Positions 27,801 through 39,800 of a stretch of 64,000 nucleotides of DNA are shown piece by piece; the first letter of the stretch is position 1, and every line of letters begins with the position of its first letter. Position numbers and translations under genes: made by a program. The DNA comes from Haliotis cracherodii. Taxonomy: Eukaryota. The notes below the pieces were generated by a model. It saw nothing but the letters and a program-made list of their open reading frames with translations. It was not told the DNA's origin and did no database searches. The stretch spans positions 4,340,001 through 4,404,000 of the forward strand of contig NW_027266274.1 in the NCBI RefSeq assembly GCF_022045235.1. The letters run 5' to 3'.

Positions 27801-30800
27801 TTCAGAGAGTTAACATTATTCAAATGTGAATAATTAAATTTTTGTTGTGTTCATGGAAATTCCTGCATTCTGATTAGCTGAATTGGTCACGTGTTATTGC
27901 ATTCATTTCCCAATGAATGTAAAAAATTAAGCCACGCCCACAGCGGGGCACTACTTTTATTATTGCGGAATGTCGGGGAATCCCAATATATTACAGTCGA
28001 GGGAATTCCCTTTCTGCTCACGTGTATCGTCATGCACAGGACATTTAGCGACTTTCATGCATATTCATTGTCTAAACTACCCTTTGAAACGGAAGGCCGA
28101 GAATGAATGAAACAGCAAACGTGCAGGCTCGCTCGCCTGTTTTTTTCCCGCTCGCCTCGGTTCAACTTTCATGTCTTCGGGTTTCATTTCTAACTAGCAT
28201 TTCTCCAACTGTGTTTTACCGTAATCAGGGAAGTAATGTTTTAGGCACGCGGTAAATGACCATGTTATTTGAAACAGCCGCCTTCTCTCGGACATATTTC
28301 TTCCGGTTCGTTACAGTTTGACTGTTGCAGTTCTTTTCGCCTCTTGCCTTAATTGACAGGTCCAATGAACATTGTTTTAATCCCACTCTCCGTTGATTGG
28401 CTACTCACTGTGTAGGCGTGTCAAGTTATGTGCATAAATTAAACGATCACCTGATTCATGTCACACCACTGTATGTATTCCTACCCCTGGAATGCTTATC
28501 AATGTCGTCATTTTTTCTGTTTTGATATATGCAACTGTTTTGGGTTAAACTATTGTAGATAAAACATGGTTTACGTTGTCGAATTTAATTATAAGCATTG
28601 ACTGTATATTTTTTTCGGTTCATTGAGGTATGAATCGAAAAACCGACGTGCAAACTTTTGTAAGAATCCGCTACGCGGATTCATACAGTTTGCACATCGG
28701 TTTTTCGATTCATACCTCAATGAACCGAAAAAAATACACAGTCAATCCTTAATTGAAATAGGTTGGAGACTGTGACTGACATGTATATGCCATGATGTAT
28801 AGTCTTACCTTATTAAATCAAAACAAAGACAAAACAATTGCTTCAAACTCTTTATTTGATTGTAGATAAAAATAATAGTACAATTTATTAAAATTGGTTC
28901 ATAATTTTGACCAAATTGTTAACATTGCAGCTTCAATATTAATATTTGTCAAAGGGATATGAAAAAAAGCTTTTCTCTTGGTAGAAATTATTTCCCAATA
29001 TATCATAATGATATTGCAATATGTTTTTGAAATATTGCAGTATATCGCAATACACTTTTTGGTCCAATTCCCAACCCTAGAAAATACTAGACACAATGAA
29101 GCTTACTAGACTTGAGGTACAGGCAAGTGCCTAATGTCGCAGACTGAATGGGTGGCCTTACTAATTGTGTATCATCATGCCCTGACAACATGAAGTGTTG
29201 TTGATGCTATCAACCACTAGTTTGCCTGTGTCTCAGACTAGGTTATTTCCAGACAGCATGCTCTCTATGTTGAAATAGGGAAGTTGAAAATAGGGAAGTT
29301 GTATTTTTATGATATCCCTGTGGAGAGTCTGGGATGGAATTAGTCCCTTGCAACCCATGCTTGTTGCAGAAGGAACTACATGGATTGGTGGGTCAGACTC
29401 GTGAATTGATGCTCGTAATATCAATCTCTTGTTTGTCAGGTCCAAATTTGATTATTTACAGGCTGCCCTCATTTGCTGAAATATTGCAGAGTGAAGGGGT
29501 AAACAACAAACAAACAAAACAAAATATGGAAACAATAAGACAACATAATTATATCATGATTAAATAACAGATTTTTTATTCTTGACTTTGAAAATTTACT
29601 GTACAGAGTTGCATCGATAAGCCGTACCAAGATCCAAAGGTTGTGTTGGTCTTTTTAATCCAAGATTCGACCGAGTGCGGCATTAAACAACAAACAAACA
29701 AACAAACAAACTAACTGAACCTGTTCCTGTGTTGTAGCCGATGTTTGCGTTCAAGGAGTGGGACTCGGACATCCCCCCATGCTGCCAGCCTCACCTGGAC
29801 TACCTTGCCCCAGAGTACGCCCTCACAATGATGTGCAGTCTCGCCAGCGACATGTACTCTATAGGGGTGCTCATATTTGCACTCTTCAACAATGGCAAAC
29901 CCCTGTTTGAGTGCAGGACTCAACTATCCACATTCAAGAAGAATGCAGAAGAGGTGGGTACATCTTTTATCATGTTTATGTCATACATCAGAGTAGATCA
30001 GAGTAGCTCCCTGCACCCAGTGCCTGTTCTGTGGGACATCTTTAAATGATGGTCAGGAGGTGACAGTGTGTGCCACTGAACCATGATACATGATACATGA
30101 TACATCATAGTGTGCTTAAGCTGTCAACCAGTCGTTTTCCTGACCCAGACTCAATTATACACAGGATGATGTGATATTCCTGGAATATTGCTGACATTAA
30201 TTACATTAAGTAATACGTTACCACTGTTATACCGAGGCTGTTGTCTCCCACAACTGCTGCTATAGCGAAATCTACCACAGAGATCTCAATTACCTCATGC
30301 AGCACGTGCGTAGCCACCTAGCTGCCATGTGACACCCTTCACTCTTGTCTCTTTCGTCTGCTAAGCAAGACGTGTTTTCTCCTGCTGAAGCGTTCCTGAA
30401 CATTTGGTGATATTTATTATAGTTTATTCTCTAATAAACTGTGCTTTTATGGGGCGTTGCGGTAGCTACGCTTGGTTATAATTTTCCCGCCAAACGGAAA
30501 ATTTTTCCCGCCCTTTTTCTATATACTTGCGGGGTTCGCGTATGCACGTTGTGTTTTACGTTTCCCCTGTTCTTGTATGTTTTGGGGGTTAACATAACTT
30601 ATTTCTTTAATAAAAGTTATATGTGTATGTTATATGTTCACATTGCTCGTTTATTTTCTTGTGAAAATGCTCGTTTGTGAATCATTGTGGTGCGTGCGTT
30701 GTAACCATGTTTTGTTCTTTGTTTATAGCAAACAATCAATGTCTGACATGGATATGTCCCCAGTATCCACCCCCTCTACCCCTGCTCCTCGGAGTTGTGG

Positions 30801-33800
30801 GGTGTGCAGAAAGTTTTTGTCGTCCCGGGATCCCCACGATCGTTGCCCGCGGTGCAGGGTTCCTTGCGGGGACACCCGGTGCACCCTGTGCGAAGGTCTG
30901 GGGCCTGCGGAGTTTGAGCGGTACCGGCTGTACGTACAGTCCGTCTCCACCCCTGTGGTGGCCGGTTCGTCGGGTCGGGGTCCCCGTGCGGGAACCACCT
31001 CCTCGGCTGCGGCGGATCCCCTTGCGGCCCTCGGACTGTCTGGGGATTCCGTCGCCGCATTGTTGTCGAAACTTGTGGACTCCAAGCTGGCGGCCTTATC
31101 GCAAGATAGGCCGCTGGCTGTTCCGTCCCCGGCCTCTTCGGTGGCCGCGGGTTCGGACGCGGGGTCCACCGGTACGGCGGCGGCTGCCGTGGTTACCGGT
31201 CCTTCCCCCGAACCGTTGCTTCCGCTATCGGTTAAGGACCGCGTGGCCATGGTGTATGACCTCTTTGAGGACATGCCAAAGCCCCTGCCGATACCGCGGG
31301 GAATCCACGGTTCCGTGGGTTCCTCCGAGGTATACGACGAGACGTCCGACAAGGCTTTCCCGGCATCAACCTTGCTGCGCGGGATTAAGCCTTCTTTGGA
31401 GAAGGCCTTCACGGCTGCCTCCGATCGGGGTCTCCCGTTACCTCCCCCGTCGTGGAGAAAAGGGTCTTTCCCAGTACATGACCTTGCCTTTCCCGAGGCT
31501 GGTCCTTCTGCGGAAGCCCATGTGGAGCGTTTGGGGGTCCGTGCCCCACCGGTTGCCACGGTACCACAAGGTACCTTGCAACAGCTGGACACCCTCGCTC
31601 GACACTCCATGCTGGCATTGTCTCACGGAGACACATACCTGGCTGCAGCGGCCAGTCTGGTCGAAGGTTCTCCTACCGACCGAGACCAGCGCATTTACAA
31701 CTGCTTGCTCGGTGTGAATGCTTCCCTGGAGTACGTTGCCGGGGCTTCGGCCTTTGTTTCCGGCACGTGCCATTTTCTTCGGCGCCAGTCGTATCTGGCT
31801 GCTTCAGGGTTGGACGCTGCCAATCAGGAGGTGCTCCTTTCGCAGCCTTGGTCTGCTCGGACCCTGTTTAATAACAAGATCCCTGGGGTTCTGAAGGAAC
31901 AACAGGCCGCTGTGTCTGCCGATGCCTCTCGGCACACACTGGATCTTGTGGGGTCCTTGCATAGGCGCCTGGGTGCCGCTCCGAAGCGGAGCGCGCCCCA
32001 GGATGCTGCGTCCGGCAGGCCTAAGGGGTCGGGTCCTTCTTCCTCCGGGAAGAAGCCCCGCTCTGAGGGCTCCGGTAAGGGTTCTCAGCAGCCCTTTCGC
32101 GGGAAGAAGGGGAACTGGGGGAAGCCCAAGTCGTCTAAGGACGGCAAGGGCCCCTCCAGGTGACTCTCATTGGAGGGGTTCGTATGCCGACAGCGCCAAC
32201 TTCGGTTGGCCCGTAGGCGAACCCGAGTCACTTGGCCCTGGACAGTTGCGCCTGCCGCAGCCCGTCCGGCCCCCCTCTGTGTCCCCAGTGGGAGCCAGAC
32301 TCCAGACTTATTGGGAGAATTGGGAACAAGTGTTCGACGACCCGTGGGTGGTCAACACGATTCGGTACGGCTATCGGCTCGATCTCAAAGCGAATCCGCC
32401 GCTCACCGTTGCCCCGTCGGCAGGTTTCTATTCGGAAACCGATCTTCCCTTCCTCGCCGATGCCATCGGCAGGTTGGTGAAGAAGAGGGCAGTTCGGGAG
32501 TTAGCTCTACCAGAAATAACACCGGGGTTTTACTCCAGGATATTTCTCGTTCCCAAGAAGGACAGTGCCGAACTCAGAATGATTCACAACTTGAAATCGT
32601 TCAACGAGTTCTACCTGCGCAAGCCGCCCAAGTTCAGAATGTTGAGCTTGACGGACCTGAAAGCACTGATCATGCCGGCCGACTGGCTAGCTTCGATCGA
32701 CCTGAAGGATGCTTATCTGCATGTTCCGATTCACTCGGATCATCACAAGTATCTCAGGTTTGTCTTTCAAGGCAGGCACTACGAGTGGGTTGTACTCCCA
32801 TTCGGTCTTTCATCCGCTCCCTGGCTGTTCACCCGGTTAACCACCCCCATAGTGGGGTTCCTCCACCGGAGGGGTGTCCGGTACTTCGCGTACCTGGACG
32901 ACTCGCTAGTAGCAAATCGAATGACGGACACCCTGTCACGCCATCTCGTTTTCGCACGTCGGCTCTTGGAGCAATTGGGGTGGATTGTCAATCTCCCCAA
33001 GAGCGAGTTAACCCCTTCTCAGAACTTGCAGTTCATCGGAGGTCGGTTCAACACGGTGTCCCATCGCCTATTTGTCCCCCCAGACCGGTGGCACAAAATT
33101 CAGGCGATGATTGCCAAAGTCTTAGCGGTGCAACAGACTGTTCACTTTTGGGAACAGCTGTTAGGGCTACTTGTATCAGCCCAGGACTGCACCGAACGGG
33201 GTCGTCTCCAACTCCGCCCGCTGCAACGGTTTTTAATCCAGTTGTTAGCAACGGAGGTGAACAGTGCGACCGTCGCCCTCCCGGATCGGCTCCGACCGCA
33301 TCTGGAGTGGTGGACGCTCCCTTACAATGTCTTATCAGGAGTCTCTATGCGGCCCTACCGGGCCACGTTGAACCTGTATACAGACGCCTCTCTAGTGGGC
33401 TGGGGCGCCCATCTAGAGGGGGAGGTGAGCTCGGGGCTGTGGTGCGTAGACGAACTAGGTCTTCACATCAATTGTCTCGAGTTCAATGCAGTGATCAACG
33501 CAGTCAATCACTGGAAGCATCGTCTCGTCGACGCCCGGCTCATGCTGGCGACCGACAACACGACGGTAGTGTCCTATGTGAACAAACTGGGGGGAACCCA
33601 CAGTCACTCGCTACTCGATCTCACGTTCGAGTTTTACGCTCTGGTGGACAGTGTCCCGTGCCAGATACGCGCCCGTCACATCCCAGGTGTGCGGAACGTA
33701 CTGGCCGATGCTCTATCGAGGCCTCAGGATCCGAGCCCCACAGAGTGGATGCTGAACCCAGTAGTGTTTCAGTGGCTGTGCGAACGTTTGGGTCGTCCGA

Positions 33801-36800
33801 TGGTCGACCTGTTCGCAACACGGTTCAACAATCAACTCCCGTTGTTTGTATCACCAGTCCCGGACCCGAGGGCCATCGATCACGATGCTCTCGCGTTAGA
33901 CTGGACGGGCTTGGACGCTTATGCTTACCCGCCGACAGCGTTGATACCACACATTCTAAGCCGGCTTCGAGGAGTTCGCTGTCGAATGTTACTGATCGCG
34001 CCCATGTGGCCGAACAGATCGTGGTACCCCCGACTTGCTGACCCAGGTCACGCAGTCGCCACTCCCACTGCCTGTGAGACCGGATCTCTTGATCCACCCT
34101 CACACCCGTCAGCTTCATCCAAACGCAGGGCAGTTCAATCTGCACGCGTGGATGTTGTCACCGAGGGTCTGAGGAGTAAAGGTTTTTTTCGCCGGGCGTC
34201 TCGGGCATACGTTAGTATGCATCGTGATTCTACCCAGAAGGTGTATAATGCACGTTGGGTTATTTTCACGAAGTGGTGTTGTAAACATCACATTCATTCG
34301 CCAGATAAGGTATCTGTGCAGGATATTGCTCGTTTCATGTCTCACTTGCGAGAGACCCGGAAACTCTCCGGGGGTTCCATTGCCAACTATGTTTCGTCCG
34401 TTGCTACGGTACGGGACGTTGCTATGGGTACCAGTCTCTCCAAAGAGCCGGTGATACGGGGTATTATCAAGGGTTTCAAACAGCACGATCTTAAGAAGGG
34501 CCGCCTTCGGGCACCGGCCTGGGATCTTTCCCTAGTGTTGCAATCACTTACGGAAGCTCCGTATGAACCCTTGCATAGTGCTTCGTTCCGGCATGTGACT
34601 TGGAAAACAGCATTTCTCCTCTCCTTTGCCACGGCGGCACGTGTATCCGAAATTCATGCACTCGATGTCGCCAAGGTACGATTCGATAGGGGTGACGAAG
34701 GAGCGGTCCGCCTGGGCCTGCTCATGGGCTTCGTCGCCAAGAATCAGAGAGTCGGGCAAACAGAGAGAGAATTCACTGTAAGATCCCTCAAAGAAATCTT
34801 ACATCCTGCTGATACTGAGGACAGAGCGCTGTGTCCGGTTAGGGCCCTTAAGTATTATCTTAAGGCTTCGAATGAACGTAGACAAGGGCGTGACCGTCTG
34901 TTCATATCGTGTAACCCTAATCGCACGGTTGACATAACTCGCAACTCGATTGCGTTGTGGCTTCGTTCTGTCATCAATCTGGCGTACCGGTCTCGGGGGT
35001 TACCGGTAGCGGGGTCAAACCCGCACGAGATCAGGGCCCTAGCGGCAACATTTGCCCTACACTCGAATATCTCTGTTCACAGAATATTACGAGGTTGTTA
35101 CTGGCGTTCTGACTCGGTTTTTGCCAATCATTACCTCAGAAAGGTTTCTGATGAAGACGTGGAGGGGGTGCACCGTCTTGGGCCGCTGATCGCGGCACAA
35201 GCGGTCATCTAGGGGGTGTGTCCAGCGCAATTCCAAACTCCGCAGTCGTCAGTCCTTGCACGGTGGTCAATCTGGGTCGTCTCCAATGTTCCCACGCCGT
35301 GGGTACAGGAGTGGGGGTCCTGCAAACCAGCGCACTCACACCACAGGTGAGGCGGCTTTTTGTGTGTTTTATCCTTATTTGTATTTTGACAATTATTCAT
35401 TTAATTGTCTGTCGTGTATTCCAACCTTGTGATACATGCTTACGAATACTGGAATTAGGTCACGCGCCTAATGCATACTTTAAGTAGGCTTGCTCTGGGA
35501 TATACGGTCTGAAGGAAATTAATTTCCCTCTTTTCGACTGTTTAACCTGATCTAAGATTAAGCTCACGCGGATACAGTGTTCTCATCCGCTGCGGCGATG
35601 AAATACCTATCCAGTGGGGCCGTTTGGAGTCACCAATCGTTTTGGCAATGACGATTGAGCCTTACGGTATGCGCTTGACAGTGCTTTGGTATTCCTATAG
35701 GGTAACGCCTAGCTAGGTGCATGCGCATCGAGTGCTTCCGCCTTGGTGTTTACTTCCGCTGGTCGGAAGGAACGCTAGCAGTCAGGATTCGGGTTGTAGG
35801 TGCTCCCCACCGCCTACTGTGGTAGTCAGCCTCGGTATAACAGTGGTAACGTATTACTTAATGTAATTTGTAGAATTTTCCTATTAGGAATATTCTATAA
35901 GTAATACGTTACCACTGGGCTGCTGCCCGCCCGTCCGTCCCCCGAGCACTTGCTCTCGCAGGAGACAAGAGTGAAGGGTGTCACATGGCAGCTAGGTGGC
36001 TACGCACGTGCTGCATGAGGTAATTGAGATCTCTGTGGTAGATTTCGCTATAGCAGCAGTTGTGGGAGACAACAGCCTCGGTATAACAGTGGTAATGTAT
36101 TACTTATAGAATATTCCGAATAGGAAAATTCTACAAAACAACTTTCACTCAATTGTCTGTTATAACAGTGCTGCTATGTAACAGTTAATGACGACACTAA
36201 TAATATAGACACAATGGGGCGAAACACTGTTGGGCATAGTGTCATTTCATGGTTGTACTGCTCTCAGTAGTATATAGAGGGATGTCACTGCATCGCTGTG
36301 TAACATTCCCCTACTCAAATATCGCGCGTGATTGTATTCAAAACTGATTTTCAGAACATAATTGTTACAAATTTGGCCTGCTAGCTATTCAGGCTGTTGT
36401 TACCTTACCTTGAATCATGCTGTTAGAAGGAGCCTAGATTTACTAGTCATGCAAGTTTAAAAGAAACTGATTGAAAGCTAAACCATATATCAGCTGGACC
36501 ATGTGGAACATGGGCATTTTTATCCCCAAAAGCACGAATTCAGTATTTGGATACATATCACATTGTGATTCAGGTATCGTGAGTCATCGATACTTGAGAT
36601 AGGCATACCATGATACATCTAGTTCACATAGGTTAGATTTGACTTTCAGTTGGGTTAAGTCTGTTTTTATGATGAATGTTTACATTGTAACAAGCATGAT
36701 CAGTGCCTGAAATTAAGCTTGACAGTCAAGGAGTCCTCACCACAGGCTTAAAATCTAGGGGCTCCCTTGTTTCAAATACTGCAGGATCAAAATCTCAATT

Positions 36801-39800
36801 CCAAACACTGCGTGGTGATGGATGTAGGATATCTGCCAGTGTAGAAGTCCCTTGTCTGATGTTGTTACTGATGCTGCTCCTGTCTTCCAGCTGCGACACT
36901 TCCGCTCCACCCTACTGGGCAGCATCCCTGATGAACTGAGGGACTACGTCAAACTGTTGCTGAATATTGAGCACACTGTCAGACCGGACCCTGCACAGTT
37001 GTCAAAAGTCAGAACATCATTCAGTTTCAAAATTGATATTTTCCATACACGATGTTACGTACATATTGGCTCACTACTGGGCATCTTTCTGGGTGATATA
37101 GTCAAACTGGTTGACCCAAGTTTGACCTGAAATCTAGGTGGATGGCTGCTCTAAACAGAGCCTTTGTCCTAGACCTTGGATGGTGGGTTTGAATCCCAAG
37201 TTTGACCTGATTATTATTATTTTTAAAAAAAAATTTTATTATTGTGTTTGACCTGATTATGGTCCTTGGTCTGTCAGCTCAATATCTCATGGTTTCATCA
37301 ACAACCGTTAGGCTTTACAACATGTGTCTCCAAGATTTCTCTCATTAGGATGACACAATGTCAGGAATAGACACCAACTGGTCCACAGCCTCATTTGGGG
37401 CTAGTGGTCAAACAATTATATTTTTGGGAAACACCGCTAGTTCCTGGATTGTCACATGTCTTGGGCTGCCAGACTAGCTGCTGTGTCTAATTCGTACTAT
37501 TATATAACACAATTCACTAACCTGTCAATGGATAAATGGCATTTTGTGAGACCAAATCACAGTCATCATAATCTACGCAATCTAGTTTGTACATATTTTA
37601 ATTCCTCTCAGACACAATTTCAAAATGTTACTTAATGAATGCCAATTCCATTGAGATCCTTGGTTAGAACTGTCCGCAGCAATCTATTCTTGTCATAAGA
37701 GGCGACTTATAGATCGGATCGTCAGGCTCAGTCACTTGGTTGATTATGTGTCATCGTACTCAGCTCGCCTAGATCGTTGCTCACGATATCAGTCTCTGGA
37801 TTCTCTGGTCTAGACTCAAGTGGCATTCAGCAAACAAACAATAAAGGCCAATGAAATGATGGCCATGTTATTACTGTCTACAGCAACACATCTTCTCCTT
37901 CTGTAAATAATAAGTAAAGTTCTTCAGTGTGTTTGTAGTTGTCATGGAATTGTCATGTGTGTTTTGGGTGTTGCTTCAGGTGTCCTTTAAAGGGGAAGTG
38001 TACACGCAAAAATCACTTTCTTTCTTTTTCTAAACAAAACGCAATTTTAGAATTAGTTAGTATCTGTGTTTGAAAATATACACTATTTTTTTTCACAGTG
38101 AAAGTAGGAAGCTCACAATAGTGTGAAAGTGATATGCCGTTATGAGGCCTTCATTTAACGAGCGAAATAGGCCTGAGTTATCCCCCTTAGATTATGACGT
38201 AATTGGTGCCAATTCAACTGGGTCCCTGTCTATTCTCAACGCAAAAGATATCAAGGACCAGTTTGCGGTAAAACAACATGGTCTACGACACACTCCGGCG
38301 CAGTGGTGACTCAGCACAACACAATTCTGGCTGGCATCTGAGGTGCTAGAATCACAAAACTGTACCTACACCACGTGAAGCGGCTCTAACAAAGCATGAT
38401 GACGTCATAATGTTTATCAATTGGCACCAATGACGTCATATTGCAAGGGGCATAAGCCATGGTGTTTTTGTTATGGAAATAGAACACTTGGTAAATGTGA
38501 AAAATATAAATCGTTTTAGTGCAAAAAATATGTTAATTAAATATGATGTTTTTATATTTTTGTCTATGACACTTCTATGTTAACACATTTGATGTGGAAA
38601 AAGTACAAGAAAAAATGGTTCATTCCCGTGTGAACTTGCCCTTTAACTTGCTGATGTGAAGTTATAAATCTTCATTCATTCAGGTGTCCTTCTTTGAGGA
38701 TGTGGGGACAATGACCCTCCAGTACATGGACACGTTGTTCCAGAGAGACAATCTACAAAAGTCCCAGTTCTTCAAGGGGCTCCCCAAAATAGCTGGCAAA
38801 CTGCCAAAGGTGGGACATGTTATTACCCTTTGAGTTACTTCAACATTCTTCACTGTTTACATGTCACTTAGCTTCTTCCCCGTGTGGTTTGACCTTTTCA
38901 AGGTCAGACCGTGGTGTGATGTAGAAGGTTACATAATGGATTGTGTGGTCAGGCTCAGTGAGTTGGTTGATTGTTGCTGAGAATACCTCTTACTGTATTC
39001 TCTGGTCCGTACTTTGTTATTTGCAGGTAACCGTTACATAACCCCAATATTGCTTAGGGTGGCATTAAACAGCAAACAACCTTTCCTGAGTGATACCCCT
39101 GTGAGATTCCAGGGCTCAATAGTGGCATAATATCCCATTCTTGTCTTAAGAGCCAACATATTATTATAGGATAGTTACACCGTGCTCTTGACAAAGGGAG
39201 TGGTTCACAATCAGATTTTTTCTCCGATACAGTAACCTCCATAGAAGGTCATGTTGGATGAACTCTGAGTAAACTTTGGCCAAATCTAGATGAAGGATGT
39301 GTGTTCTTGAACCAATCAGAAAATACCTTTCTAATAGGATCCAGCTTCATTTCTTTGATGGTTTGGTAATGTTGATCTTTGCAAAAGAAGAAAATACACA
39401 GAACGTCTAAAATATGCACAACACTATGATAGTGGGTCCTTTATTATTTCCACTTGGAACTGACAATTTGTGTTCATTTTAGAGATGCTGAAGTCAGATA
39501 GGCTGCTCTGAAAGTTTTGCTCGCTAGTACCTCATGTTTGGAAGCCTGGGGCTGATTGGCTGATAACAAAGTTAACCTCTCGCCTCCTACCATGATTGAA
39601 TGTACAGGAGTTATCTGTGTGTGTTTCAGCGTGTGAATCAGCAGCGGATCCTGCCGGCGTTGTACAAGGAGTGTGTGAACCCAGACATGGTCCCCTTCGT
39701 CCTCCCCACAATCCTCCTTGTTGCTGAACAGTCCACCGAACGGGAATACGTCAACCTCATTCTTCCAGAACTCATCCCGCTCTTCAAGATACACGACCCA

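Larger units (their letters stand above)
30199..36137 (+). mobile_element. DIRS1-type tyrosine-recombinase retrotransposon, full length, in SCYL2 coding intron 5
   Basis: Left ITR 30207-30351 and right ITR 35962-36106 (145 bp, one mismatch seen), right extension 36107-36137, ICR 35827-35917 complementary to both termini; gag, RT/RH/MT and YR coding regions; no TSD. Confidence 0.96.

Noticed and set aside
30677-31773. Alternative-frame and antisense ORFs over gag (346 aa, 295 aa)
   Set aside because: Expected shadows of GC-rich coding sequence; no recognisable motifs
35505-35545. Possible hammerhead ribozyme (ctgaagga...)
   Set aside because: Core CUGANGA/GAAA geometry and cleavage-site stem not satisfied
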